Part shown: positions 1-9,677 of the stretch, piece after piece
How the letters are laid out: the number at the start of each line of letters is the position of its first letter
Numbering within the stretch: position 1 is the first letter of the stretch
DNA from: an uncultured Nitrososphaerota archaeon
Lineage (GTDB): Archaea; Thermoproteota; Nitrososphaeria; Nitrososphaerales; CADDZS01
Length of the DNA stretch: 64,000 nt
Direction: 5' to 3'
Assembly: GCA_963799845.1 (NCBI GenBank)
Contig: CAWCYI010000006.1
Coordinates: 722,547 to 786,546, forward strand
Notes under the pieces: generated by a model
The model's database searches: none
The model's input: only the letters and a program-made list of their open reading frames with translations
What the model was told of the DNA's origin: nothing
Made by a program: the position numbers and the translations under genes

Positions 1-641
1 GCGTCTCAAGTTGCGTTTCGGAACCCATCAGCAAGTTCGGCTTGACAAAACTTCAGGTTTCCTCGAAGGTGACTGAATCCCTTCGGCTCGTCGGGCTCGA
101 GGGTGACCTGCTCGCAAGAAGAACTTTAGAGTTGAGCGGAGGTCAGAAGCAGAGAGTTGCGATAGCTAGGGCTATCATCAGCGACCCGGAGGTCATAGTT
201 TTGGATGAGCCGACTTCTTCTATCGATGTTTCGATTCAAGCGCAGGTTCTCAATCTCTTAATAGATCTTCAGAGAATCAAGAATCTCACCTATATTCTGA
301 TTTCTCACGACCCGAACGTCGCGAAATTCATGGCAGACAACGTCGCGATTATGCACTTGGGCAAGGTCGTTGAGTACGGCCCTTCGGCGAGCATACTTTC
401 GCGTCCAAAACATCCCTATACTCAGGCTCTCCTTGCCTCTGCCCCAAAACTGGGTTCCACTCTTCCCGAAAGCATCGCAAGATCTGGTGATCCTCAGAGC
501 ATGATCTCACTGCCCAAGGGATGCAGGTACGAGTCGCGTTGCCAGTTCGCGATGGAAAAGTGTAGAGAAAAAGAGCCTCTCCTTCTCCCGGTGAAAGAAG
601 AAGCAGAAACTTCGGTTTCCTGTTTTCTCTACAATGATTAG
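1..641 (+). CDS. ABC transporter ATP-binding protein (oligopeptide/dipeptide OppF/DppF-like), 5'-partial at window edge
   Basis: ABC signature LSGGQKQRVAIARA, Walker B VLDEPTSSID, H-loop region, and the C-terminal oligopeptide-type extension. The ORF is open to the window start. Confidence 0.8.
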   Translation, partial: VSSCVSEPISKFGLTKLQVSSKVTESLRLVGLEGDLLARRTLELSGGQKQRVAIARAIISDPEVIVLDEPTSSIDVSIQAQVLNLLIDLQRIKNLTYILISHDPNVAKFMADNVAIMHLGKVVEYGPSASILSRPKHPYTQALLASAPKLGSTLPESIARSGDPQSMISLPKGCRYESRCQFAMEKCREKEPLLLPVKEEAETSVSCFLYND

Positions 642-665
642 AAGCTGATCTTCTTTTCCTGAAGA

Positions 666-2793
666 TCACGAACCTGTGTAACCGATGAGAGGGAAGTAGT
701 ATCCGAGGATTCCCGAGTTATCGATGACTCCCGTCACATAAGTCCTCTGAATCCAGTACGGATCGACGGCGTACAGCCAAATGTCGGGAGCCTGCTGGTA
801 CATTAGATTGTAGACCTGAGCAACTGTTGAATTGATCTGGGTAGAGTTTGTATAGAAGGGTAGATTCGCCGTCAAGTCGTTAACCTGTGTGTCGTTAAAC
901 CAAGAAACGTCACCGCTGATCCCCCCATACTCTACGTTGCTCAATAGCACAAGATCCTGATACACCGCATCCGCCCAGCTTGGGTACCGGTACCAGATTA
1001 GCAGCCCAGGGTAACTCGGGTTGCCGCCTGATTGGGATATAGCATTCTCCTCCCCCTGTGTCGTTACGCCGTTCAATGTGAACGTTACTCCAATGCTAGC
1101 TAGAGTCGCCTGCATCTCCTGCGAAATCTTTGTCTCGGCCGGATCGGACGTGACGTAAGTAATGGAGAGATTCGTGGGCAGAGCATTTCCATTTGGATTG
1201 ACCACAGTCCCGTTAGGCAGGCTAAGTTTGAATCCCGCCTGGACAAAGTAGTTGATTGCCATGTTCTGATTAAACGAATAATTCGTCAGGTTGCCCGGAT
1301 TGTAGTAAGGATACCCAGGTGCCATGGGACCAACGTACGTCTCCGTATAGCCGCTGCCAACAGAGCTCAAAATTTCGGAGTAGTTTATTGCGTGAACGAC
1401 CCCCAGCCTGAAGTCCTGAATGTTGTATGGATACTGCTCTGTGTCCATCATACCTGTGAGAAACAAGAATTTTGGAGCGCTGGGAAGTGAAGGAACCGAA
1501 ATGCCGGAGGTAGAGGAAAGAGATGGTAGATAATTTGGAGAAAGGGCGGAAATCGACAGCGGTCCGACCAGCGATGCTGAGTTGCTGGTAATGCTCTGAA
1601 TAATCTGACTGCTGGCCGTCGAGTACTCAAGAATCACGACTGGAATCTTCGGAGGGGAAAGCATGATGTTGCTTGAACCCGAAGCAAGTTTCGAAGCCCA
1701 GTAGTTCGGGTTCGCAACCAAGGTAGCTACCTCACCCTGGACGTCAGCTCTGGACTTGATACGGACCTGTCCCCATCGTGTGAGTGTTGACGAAAGTGTT
1801 CTCTGTGTTCGGGACCACTCCTCCATTTGCATCGACAAATGACGGATCCACCTGACCGGCACCAGGCACGGAGAGAACTTGAAGGAAGTTCAGGTAGGGA
1901 TTTACAAGATTGAACTGCACGGAATAAGTCCCGGTAGCAACGATCGCCTGATCCGGATAACTCATTATTTTCTGGATCGTGCTGTTTGACGGATTGAAGT
2001 TGCTCAAGATCGCCGCGAGATCTGTCGCCGCTTGCTTCTGTCTCAATGTAGAGTTCGTCGTTGAAAGCTGATAACCGCCGGCTACCAGTGCGTTGTCGAC
2101 TCCGTTAGAAATTGAATACCCTGTCGCGAAAGCGGTCGTTCCGTTGTAGATCAGATTTGTAAAGTAAAATGCCCCGATCTGTCCCATGAGGATTACCCGG
2201 TTGAAATTGAACCAGGTAACGGAAGAGTTGTACGGGTTACCGTTTGCAAAATAGGCGTCATTTCTCAAGTTGAGTGTATAATTCAGATAATTTGCAGATA
2301 TGGTCCAGTTCTGTGCAAGTATCGGAGCGAACTCCTGAAGACTGGTATAGTTGAACATCACAAGCTCCTGGTACGTGTTGACGAGGATTTCGTCCTCTCC
2401 GGCAAAGAATCCAGATGACGGATCGTAAGAATTAGGAGGCTCATTCTCTGCAACCACGAGCTGGCTTCTGTTCTCCGGGCCGGTCAATGCTGAAGATGAG
2501 CTGGTGGCAGATGTCGATGAAGATGAAGACGAAGAAGGAGTGGAAACGGAACTGGTTGATTGGCTAGAAGCGGCAGACGTGCTAGATGCAGAGGAAAAGC
2601 TCGAAGTAGGCGACGACGAGCTGGAAGATGTGGTTGCAAGAGAAGATGAGGTTGGTACGGAAGACGTTGTGGCCCTGTTGAGATTCAGGGCTGCATACCC
2701 GCCAACGATTACTATGATAATTACAACGACGACAATTCCAATACTTGCCCCTCTACTGATTGCGTGTCGCAATCTGGATTTTCTGGACAGCAC
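666..2793 (-). CDS. ABC substrate-binding protein family 5 (peptide/nickel type) with N-terminal TM anchor and Ser/Thr-rich linker; apparent frameshift near 1745-1862 splits it into two ORFs
   Basis: N-terminal hydrophobic IGIVVVVIIIVIVGG, a long S/T/A linker, many N-x-S/T sequons, and the family-5 motif GTGPYQV...ANPNYW. That motif is split between ORF 1744..2793 and ORF 666..1862 in different frames. Confidence 0.7.
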
Positions 2794-2924
2794 AAATTAC
2801 ACGAGAGAAAGACGGCACTTTTAAGAATTTAATGATCTTCTGGAATAAAGTTTCAATAATAGATCCGAAATGGCCAACAATCAGCTAGCGACCTTTATTG
2901 CCTAGTGAATTTTTACTAGTATTC

Positions 2925-3155
2925 ATGACTTCGGCGTGCATGCTGATCAGAACGGAAAAAGGAAAGTATCAAGAGGTCGTTGATAGGTTGAAGCAGATTT
3001 CGTCCGTAAAGGACGCGTTCCCAGTACTCGGGCGATACGACGTTGTGGCTGATCTCGAATCGACCAGTAGCAAAGAACTTGGAAAAGCGACCCTCAAAGT
3101 AAACAGACTGGCTGGCGTAGTTTTCACTGAAACGATGCCAGAGGTCGAAACCTGA
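2925..3155 (+). CDS. stand-alone Lrp/AsnC C-terminal (RAM) domain protein
   Basis: About 77 aa with the RAM-domain pattern VKDAFPVLGRYDVVADLE...NRLAGVVFTET. The ORF opens at 2898, but the internal Met at 2925 fits the family length. Confidence 0.65.
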   Translation: MTSACMLIRTEKGKYQEVVDRLKQISSVKDAFPVLGRYDVVADLESTSSKELGKATLKVNRLAGVVFTETMPEVET

Positions 3156-3172
3156 AAAAGAGGTCTTGAAAA

Positions 3173-3400
3173 ATGGAATTGAACGCCTGCATCCTCGTAA
3201 AGACTACGCCGATCCAGACAGACGAAGTACTCGATGCCGTTAGAAAGTTAACCGGAGTCAAGAAGGCTTTCGTTGCTTATGGCAGGTACGACTTGATCGC
3301 GTTTGTGAAGGCGGCGGATTACTCTGGAATAACAAAACTCACAAGCCTGGTTAACTCGCTTGCCGGAGTCAGGAGCACTGAAACTCTCGTCGAAGCCTGA
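3173..3400 (+). CDS. stand-alone Lrp/AsnC C-terminal (RAM) domain protein, paralog of the upstream gene
   Basis: 75 aa. VKKAFVAYGRYDLIAFVKA...NSLAGVRSTETLV matches the RAM domain, and it sits 18 nt downstream of the paralog. Confidence 0.7.
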   Translation: MELNACILVKTTPIQTDEVLDAVRKLTGVKKAFVAYGRYDLIAFVKAADYSGITKLTSLVNSLAGVRSTETLVEA

Positions 3401-3424
3401 TTAGCCAAGCTTCATTTTCAAATG

Positions 3425-4303
3425 TCAGATTGATTTGGCTGGTTGGGTAGGGATCGAAAGTCCGGTCATTTCCTCGCAGATCTTCCACAGCCGCTTCGCG
3501 GTTGGCTCGTCATATGAGATAGGATTTGCCTTGACCTGTTTCTGGTTTGCGAAATATTTTCCAGTTACACCTTCAACATCTGGAGAAGACGCAAGATAGA
3601 TCGAAGTTCTCGCGCCCTTCTCTGGAGAGGCCATGAACAGCTTGACGAACGCGGCAATCGCTTTGAAAATCGGATTTACATCCCTGGTACCGAGTTCAGT
3701 CCTGATGACCCCGGGATGCAGAAAGTTTGCTGTGACTCCGGTGCCTTCGAGGCGCCGCGAGAACTCTACGGTTATCAAGTTCAGCGCAAGTTTTGATTGT
3801 CCGTAGATTCGAAAAGAGCTGTACTTTTTTTCTCCCTGAAGATCGTCAAAATCAATCTTGGCATTGTTTGATGCGGCCGAGCTTACGTTCACGATTCGCG
3901 ACGGCGCGCTGGACTTCAATTTGTCGTTAAGCATAGTCGTCAGCAAAAATGGCGCCAGGACGTTGACCGCAAAGGTCATCTCAATCCCGTCAGGAGACAG
4001 CATGCGATGGAACTGGTTCACACCAGCGTTATTCAGCAACACATCCAGTCGGTCAAACTGGCTGTTGAATTTCTTCACGAGTTCCCCGATCGACTTTTGA
4101 GATGAAAGATCGGCCGCAAGATGCACTACCGAGTCAGCCTTTCCGCTTTGGGTCTTGATTTCTTCAAGCGCGGCCCTGCTCTTTTCTGAATCTCGCATTA
4201 CCGCGACGACGGTGGCGTCGAGCCTCGCCAATCCTATCGCTGTAGCCTTTCCGATGCCGGTACTTGTCCCGGTAACTAGGCAGACCTTGCCCTTCATGCT
4301 CAA
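3425..4303 (-). CDS. short-chain dehydrogenase/reductase (SDR)
   Basis: N-terminal TGTSTGIGKA Rossmann motif, the NNAG motif, the catalytic YGQSK region, and a length of 292 aa. Confidence 0.85.
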   Translation of the reverse strand: MSMKGKVCLVTGTSTGIGKATAIGLARLDATVVAVMRDSEKSRAALEEIKTQSGKADSVVHLAADLSSQKSIGELVKKFNSQFDRLDVLLNNAGVNQFHRMLSPDGIEMTFAVNVLAPFLLTTMLNDKLKSSAPSRIVNVSSAASNNAKIDFDDLQGEKKYSSFRIYGQSKLALNLITVEFSRRLEGTGVTANFLHPGVIRTELGTRDVNPIFKAIAAFVKLFMASPEKGARTSIYLASSPDVEGVTGKYFANQKQVKANPISYDEPTAKRLWKICEEMTGLSIPTQPAKSI

Positions 4304-4355
4304 TGCTGGTCACAGTGCGGATAACGATTGCTAGAAGTCACTGCTCTAAATGTTC

Positions 4356-4820
4356 TCAAGCAGGATTTGATTGAGCAGGCGCTTCTGCCGGAGCGGCCTC
4401 TTGATTCGCATCTGCTGATTCCTTCAATGCGACCTGTTTCGACATCCAGAGCTCGAACGTATCTGGAGCCGCTGCGGTATCGAGTTTGGGAGACACATTT
4501 TCCTTGGGCTTTTGTTTTTCCATCCAGCGATCGAATGTATCTGGAGTTACTTCTGAATCTAGCTTACGAGAGGTAGTTTCTTTGGGCTTTTGTTTTTCTA
4601 TCCAGAGCTCGAATGTACCCTTTGGCAGAACGACTTCCGCATGGGCAGATGGCGTGACTGCGCCTTCTTTTTTGCTCGCTCTCACCTGTTTCGCGATCCA
4701 AGCATCAAACGTATCGGCCGGGAGCTTCGATGTAGTTTTTGCCGGAGTCTTGGAGGCTCGGGTTGCTGTCTTTTTTGCTTTTGACTTTGCTGGTTTCTTC
4801 TTTGCACTTTTTGGCTTCAA
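4356..4820 (-). CDS. Lys/Ala/Pro-rich protein with four tandem ~27-aa DTF(D/E)xW(I/M)xKQ repeats (unknown function, possibly nucleic-acid binding)
   Basis: Histone-H1-like N-terminus MKPKSAKKKPAKSKAKK, then four repeats (PADTFDAWIAKQ, KGTFELWIEKQ, PDTFDRWMEKQ, PDTFELWMSKQ). The repeats are also visible at DNA level across 4390-4700. Confidence 0.55.
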   Translation of the reverse strand: MKPKSAKKKPAKSKAKKTATRASKTPAKTTSKLPADTFDAWIAKQVRASKKEGAVTPSAHAEVVLPKGTFELWIEKQKPKETTSRKLDSEVTPDTFDRWMEKQKPKENVSPKLDTAAAPDTFELWMSKQVALKESADANQEAAPAEAPAQSNPA

Positions 4821-4965
4821 GTTCTATCAGGTGTCCTGTACTAGCGTCCGGAAGATATGCTTTGTGATACAGAAGAGATTAGGTCAAAGAGGTTGATTCC
4901 TCTTTTTCGATAGTTATCGACCAAATTGACAAAACTAAAATTCCACTCTATCAAACTAGCGAGTC

Positions 4966-5163
4966 ATGACCAGCGACAAAAAATGCTCGAACTGCCAACA
5001 TTTCATGGAAAATGCCGGTGACTTTCATTCGAAAGTTAGTGAATACACCGGATTTGGAGGTATGTTCCTGTCGGGGTGGAATCCCGATGCAAGAACCCAG
5101 GCCTTCGTCCTATTTCGGTGCCCGAATTGCGGAAAAGTAGATTTTTACGAGCCTTCGAAATAG
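4966..5163 (+). CDS. small zinc-ribbon protein (CxxC...CxxC)
   Basis: 65 aa carrying CSNC...CPNCG pairs. Confidence 0.5.
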   Translation: MTSDKKCSNCQHFMENAGDFHSKVSEYTGFGGMFLSGWNPDARTQAFVLFRCPNCGKVDFYEPSK

Positions 5164-5189
5164 ATTGCTGCGAGTTCTAAAACCAAAAT

Positions 5190-5492
5190 TTAGTACGGAT
5201 TTTGCGGAGGAGTAGCTCCATCACCAATGACAGTGGCCCATTTTCGGACATTCCATTTCGTGACTAACCCGTTTCTAACATATGGATCGTTTCTCGCAAA
5301 CTCCTCGGCAGCTCCAGGGTGAGAACCTGAAAAAACAAACACTGCCCCATCGGAGGGATCGGCTAGTGCTCCCGCAAGAACGAGTTCTCCTTTGTCGTAG
5401 GACTTTCGTGCCCTCTCTAGGTGCTCTCCCCTGAACGGTGCTCTCTTTTCCACGTAGTCTTCAACGACATCATAAAAAAGCAAATAGTGCAT
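5190..5492 (-). CDS. YciI-like (dimeric alpha/beta barrel) protein
   Basis: 100 aa with LLFYDVVEDYVEKRAPFRGEHL...LVLAGAL, which is typical of the YciI family. Confidence 0.65.
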   Translation of the reverse strand: MHYLLFYDVVEDYVEKRAPFRGEHLERARKSYDKGELVLAGALADPSDGAVFVFSGSHPGAAEEFARNDPYVRNGLVTKWNVRKWATVIGDGATPPQNPY

Positions 5493-5559
5493 ACCTTCCT
5501 AAACCAACGAATCTGCACTTAAAGATCAAGACCGGAGTTTTCGTGAACTACCCTTGAAT

Positions 5560-6771
5560 TTATTCGTGGGCTTCTTGCTTCCTTGACTGAAACTTGCTGA
5601 TCCGTGTGATCAGTAGAGGCTCTGTCTCCACAAGGGACTGCTCCAGTCCCAGCTTCAGGTGATTGCGAGCTGCGTTCACGTCACGGTCCAGTTCAAGACC
5701 ACAACGCTCGCAATGAAACACTCTGTCCTTCAGAGTGAGTTTCGTCGGCGAGAGCTATCCGCATCTAGAGCATTTCTGCGAACTGCCAATGGGATTGACG
5801 AGTAAGACTCGCCCGCTACGCCTTTCTGCCTTGTAAGCAGTCATTACGCGTAGCTTCCCCCAGGTGGCATCCAATATTGCTGATGCGAGATTGTGGTTTC
5901 TCACCATGTTCAGAATCTTCAGGTCTTCGAATACAACCAACTTGTTCTTCCGAGCAAGGTCATTCGAAAACTTATGGCAGAAGTCTTCCCTCTGTCTCCG
6001 CACTTTTCTCCACGCCTTGGCGAGAACGATCCGTGCCTTCTCCCTGTTCTGAGAAGCCTTCTTCTTTCGTGAAAGCTTTCGCTGAAAAGACTTGATTCTC
6101 TGCACACTCCCCTTCAAGTAGCGTGGGTTTTCTATAAGGGTCCCATCGCTGAGAGCTGCTACACTCGAGATCCCAACATCCACGCCAATTTTTCCATCGG
6201 AGCATTTCACAGTCGGATTGGATTCGTCGACGAGCAGTGCCACGAACCACTGGTCGACGTCCCGGATAACGGTCACACGCTTGATGACGCCGGAGATTTT
6301 TCGGTGTAGCACAATCTTGATCTTCCCAATTTTGCTCAGGTAGATCGTGCCACCTTTCAGCTTGAAGCCGGATTGAGGATAGGTGAAGGAGTTGTAGCGA
6401 CCGTATTTCCTGAACCTCGGATACTTCATCAGCCCTTTGAAGAATGCTTGGAACGCCTTGTCCAGTCTCAGGGCTACGTCCTGCAGGACTTGGGAGAATA
6501 CAACCTTGAGATATTTATTGTCCCGCTTCAAAGGCACGAGCTGTCTTTTCTGTTGGTAGAATCCAGTCCGATTCTCATTCCGATCCGCAAGAAGATTGTT
6601 GTATAGACGCCTGCATGTTTCAAGAGTCTCGTTGAGGCTTCTCTCTCGTTGCGTGCTTGGATAGATCCTGAACTTGTAGGTGATCAAATCTCTTTCTGCT
6701 CTGCAATGTATTGCTTGATCGTGTCGGATGAGACGTGTCCGTGTGTTGAAACAAAGTAGCTTCGACTCCAA
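5560..6771 (-). pseudogene. tnpB: IS200/IS605-family TnpB (OrfB) interrupted by an in-frame TAG at 5755-5757
   Basis: N-terminal YKFRIYPSTQRE and central RuvC-like region match TnpB. The ORF stops after ...QKCSRCG. The same frame continues past the TAG with VFHCERCGLELDRDVNAARNH, the TnpB zinc-finger/RuvC-III tail, up to a TAA at 5560-5562. Confidence 0.75.
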
Positions 6772-7082
6772 AGAGTAGGAAGCCGGGTTGCAAGTTCTGG
6801 GAATTCCTTTCTGAGCTCGTGGGAAGTATAACCCTTGAGAGCCGCGATGATCCGGTTTGGTGCGATCACCGGAGTAGCCTGGATGAATAGATGCATATGG
6901 TCCGGCATTATTTCGAGTGCGATAATCTTGCAGCCGAGAGCATCTGTTTTCTCTTGAAGTAAAGCTTTGAGTCGAGCTTCAACTTTTCCAACGAGAACCT
7001 TTCGCCTGTATTTGGGGCACCAGACGAAGTGATAGTTCATGAAGTGGACTGAAGTCTGGGAAGGGAGATAGCCCCGTGGCAC
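6684..7082 (-). CDS. tnpA: IS200-like HUH tyrosine transposase TnpA
   Basis: 132 aa with HFVWCPKYRRKVL...IMPDHMHLF (HuH motif) and the catalytic Tyr region YFVSTHG. It overlaps the tnpB 5' end, as is usual in IS605 units. Confidence 0.85.
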   Translation of the reverse strand: MPRGYLPSQTSVHFMNYHFVWCPKYRRKVLVGKVEARLKALLQEKTDALGCKIIALEIMPDHMHLFIQATPVIAPNRIIAALKGYTSHELRKEFPELATRLPTLWSRSYFVSTHGHVSSDTIKQYIAEQKEI

Positions 7083-7153
7083 GGGAAAAAATGGATAACA
7101 TTTACTTAATTAAAATGCTCGCTTTCATCCCACGGCTGAACAGTAGTTGCGAA

Positions 7154-8251
7154 TCAAGTATGCTTTCCTTTCATGTCAAATGACTTGTTCATGATTAGAC
7201 CGATGAGAGAGAGTTTCATTTGTATTACTTCCACCGATTCGTTCGGATGGAGCAGCTCTTGGTTGGCATTGTACATGACCCACGAATTGTAGACAAGACA
7301 TGCAAAGAGATAGTAGAACAATCTTACCACGTAGTTCCTTGATGTTGTTTTTATCAGGAATTGATTTGACATTCGGTAGCTTGTCTCTATGCCCCAACGG
7401 TTCTTGAATAGCCTTAGGATTGTTTCAGCTTTGTAGGGAAGATTTGTTGCAAACAGGTACTTGTAATCCTTTGTCTTGTCATATGCCACTACAACTTCAA
7501 ACGAGGCTTGTTCAGATTCCCTCCTCCTGTGTCCGCTAGTAGTGTACGTGAACCTCCTACCCTGCCAGAGCCTCATTTTCTTTGTCTTGTAGGTTGGAGC
7601 CATTCGCACGATGTACTTGAGTCCAGATTCCTCAAGAAATCTGAGTAGATTTGTGTGAAAGAATCCGCCGTCAAAAACCAGATAGCGAATTCTTATTTTC
7701 AGCTCTTCTTGCAGTTTTCGCACAATTTGTGTGGTAGACGAGACAAGTTCCGAGCCTGATGCTAATCCTGTAACAGCTACGATCAGTCTTTCTCCATCTG
7801 CTAGAACAGAAGCTGTAAGGTACTTGAATGAATAATTGCTTCCGTCCCTGTGCATGGTTCCAATGACCATCGGTGTTTCTTCATGATTACCGTAGTACAT
7901 GACATCATGCAGATCCAAAGCGACAGGGACTGGTACGCGTAATTTTCTTCTTTTTCTAAGATCCTTCACATTCCCGTCTATCAAATTATCGAAGATTTGT
8001 TTGACTCTCGCTTCTCTTTGTGATTTAATGTACGAAAGAAGAGTTTCTGCAGTCGGTGATTCGCCTAGAGATTTCGAAACACCTTCAGCAAATCCATTTA
8101 CCAAGCTCGCCGAGATGAGCAGGTTTAGGTGTTCATTCTTGGAATAAATCGCTCTCTCCTTCAGCTCATATGTCAGCAGTCCTGAGATGTTTTTCTTTAC
8201 GAATTCATACAGCTTTCTCGAATTGAACCTCAATTGGAACGTCGGAAACAA
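7154..8251 (-). CDS. DDE-type transposase (IS4/ISNCY-like)
   Basis: 365 aa. Motifs include LVFDGGFF and YKAETILRLFKNRWGIETSYR, a C-terminal pattern typical of DDE transposases. It directly abuts the IS605 unit. Confidence 0.6.
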   Translation of the reverse strand: MFPTFQLRFNSRKLYEFVKKNISGLLTYELKERAIYSKNEHLNLLISASLVNGFAEGVSKSLGESPTAETLLSYIKSQREARVKQIFDNLIDGNVKDLRKRRKLRVPVPVALDLHDVMYYGNHEETPMVIGTMHRDGSNYSFKYLTASVLADGERLIVAVTGLASGSELVSSTTQIVRKLQEELKIRIRYLVFDGGFFHTNLLRFLEESGLKYIVRMAPTYKTKKMRLWQGRRFTYTTSGHRRRESEQASFEVVVAYDKTKDYKYLFATNLPYKAETILRLFKNRWGIETSYRMSNQFLIKTTSRNYVVRLFYYLFACLVYNSWVMYNANQELLHPNESVEVIQMKLSLIGLIMNKSFDMKGKHT

Positions 8252-8453
8252 GCCCTAAGGCGGGCTGGCCATAATAATTGCGGCCGGAAATCGCCTAGAT
8301 TCGTTCGCAACTACTGTGAAACCCGTGGGGTTTCCCGCTCGACTTAGTGCTAAAAATGAAGCAGGTCTAGAACGATGTTGAGTCAATTCTCCGTGAAATA
8401 GTTTCGTCGTCCCATTACGCTTATACAATTGACAACGCGAAGTTTTCCCGGAA

Positions 8454-9491
8454 TTGAAAGCGGTAGCCAAGACAAAGAGAGAACCGGGTCTAGAGGTAAT
8501 CGAGACAGATCCGGACAAGATTGGTGAAAATGATGTTCTCCTCAAAATGCGGGCTGCCTCAATTTGCGGGAGCGATCTTGGATTTTACAACTATACTGCG
8601 GCCTACCAGAAATTTGCGAAAGTTCCGACAATCATGGGCCACGAGTTTGCTGGCGAGATAGTCGAGGTCGGGAAAAAAGTTAACGATTTCGCCATCGGTG
8701 ATCGGGTGTCCGTCGAATCTGTTCTTTACTGCGGGAAATGCAAGTTCTGCAGACGAGGTACGACAAACATCTGCCGAAATTTCACGGTCTTTGGAATGCA
8801 TCGCAACGGTGGGTTCGCTGAATTTGTCGCAGTGGATCAAGAGTACCTCCATCGAATTCCTAGCGAAGTTTCATTTCTGGAAGCGGGAGTGGTCGAACCG
8901 CTTTCGGTCGTGGTGAACGCCCTCGAGGATGTCTCGACACAGATCGACGTGGGTGACACTGCCTGCGTCATAGGTCCCGGCCCGCTCGGACTTTTTTCAG
9001 CAGAAATCCTGCGAGCGAAAGGCGTTAGTGATCCATTGATCCTTGGGATTGGAATTGATGAGTACAGGCTAGAACTGGCCAAGACAAATCTATCTTACGA
9101 GACAATGAATACAGAGAAAATTGATCCCACGGAAAGAATGAATTCAATGACTGATGGGTATGGGTTCGATGTTGTGGTTGTAGCGGCCGGAGCTCCGGCG
9201 GCACTGAGATCCGCCGTTCCCCTGGTATCAAAGGGAGGACAGATTATTGTCATTGGAATTTTTCCGGAAGATGTTTTGCTGCCAGTATCGGATCTTGTGC
9301 GGAGGCAGATATCCATGAGGGGCTCCTACGGCTCGGCCTGGAAACACTACGAAGAAGCTATCCATCTTTTGAATAACAAATTGGTTAGAGCGGAAGCCAT
9401 TGTGAGTCATCGGTTTGATCTGGATCACGCTGATGAAGCCTTCCAGATGGCGAAAGCGAAAACTGGTTCCAAGGTGCAGTTCAAAAATTAG
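8454..9491 (+). CDS. zinc-dependent alcohol dehydrogenase family (threonine/sorbitol dehydrogenase-like)
   Basis: Catalytic Zn motif CGSDLGFY...GHEFAGEIVEVG, structural Zn Cys cluster CGKCKFCRRG, and Rossmann motif GPGPLGL. Confidence 0.85.
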   Translation: MKAVAKTKREPGLEVIETDPDKIGENDVLLKMRAASICGSDLGFYNYTAAYQKFAKVPTIMGHEFAGEIVEVGKKVNDFAIGDRVSVESVLYCGKCKFCRRGTTNICRNFTVFGMHRNGGFAEFVAVDQEYLHRIPSEVSFLEAGVVEPLSVVVNALEDVSTQIDVGDTACVIGPGPLGLFSAEILRAKGVSDPLILGIGIDEYRLELAKTNLSYETMNTEKIDPTERMNSMTDGYGFDVVVVAAGAPAALRSAVPLVSKGGQIIVIGIFPEDVLLPVSDLVRRQISMRGSYGSAWKHYEEAIHLLNNKLVRAEAIVSHRFDLDHADEAFQMAKAKTGSKVQFKN

Positions 9492-9677
9492 TCGTGTCCT
9501 GTAAGTAGTCAAGTTGACGTAAGGTCGTTAAGGTGTTCCTTCCAATGACGATCCTGCGAAACTACTTCGGCGAATATCGGTAACAGCTAATCAGTTCTAT
9601 TAAATGAGCATAAACCTCACGTAGATGTCGGATAATCTTACTACGTTGAATCTAAAGTTCAACGCTTTGCCACCTCA

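Larger units (their letters stand above)
5500..7150 (-). mobile_element. IS200/IS605-family element (tnpA-tnpB); ends approximate
   Basis: tnpA plus tnpB, with a hairpin CCCGT-GGC-ACGGG at about 7073-7087 just upstream of tnpA, consistent with a left-end subterminal hairpin. Exact termini were not determined. Confidence 0.55.

Noticed and set aside
2504-2824. 106-aa ORF on plus strand rich in Asp/Glu/Val
   Set aside because: It is antisense to the Ser/Thr-rich linker of the substrate-binding protein. It looks like a low-complexity mirror ORF, not a gene.
4390-4700. Four ~80-nt direct repeats, considered as a possible CRISPR-like array
   Set aside because: They are in-frame coding repeats of the DTFxxWxxKQ protein with no repeat-spacer architecture. 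No CRISPR array is present in the window.
4486-4896. 136-aa plus-strand ORF with repeated GFCFSIQ segments
   Set aside because: It is antisense to the Lys-rich repeat protein gene. Its repeats are a reflection of the coding repeats on the other strand.
5755-5757. In-frame TAG in tnpB, considered as pyrrolysine or programmed recoding
   Set aside because: TAG ends several ordinary genes in this window, so the organism does not avoid or reassign amber. A pseudogene or a base error is more likely.
8255-8545. 96-aa minus-strand ORF between the DDE transposase and the ADH
   Set aside because: It has no motif, overlaps the ADH start region and has odd composition. It is probably the IS terminal or intergenic region.
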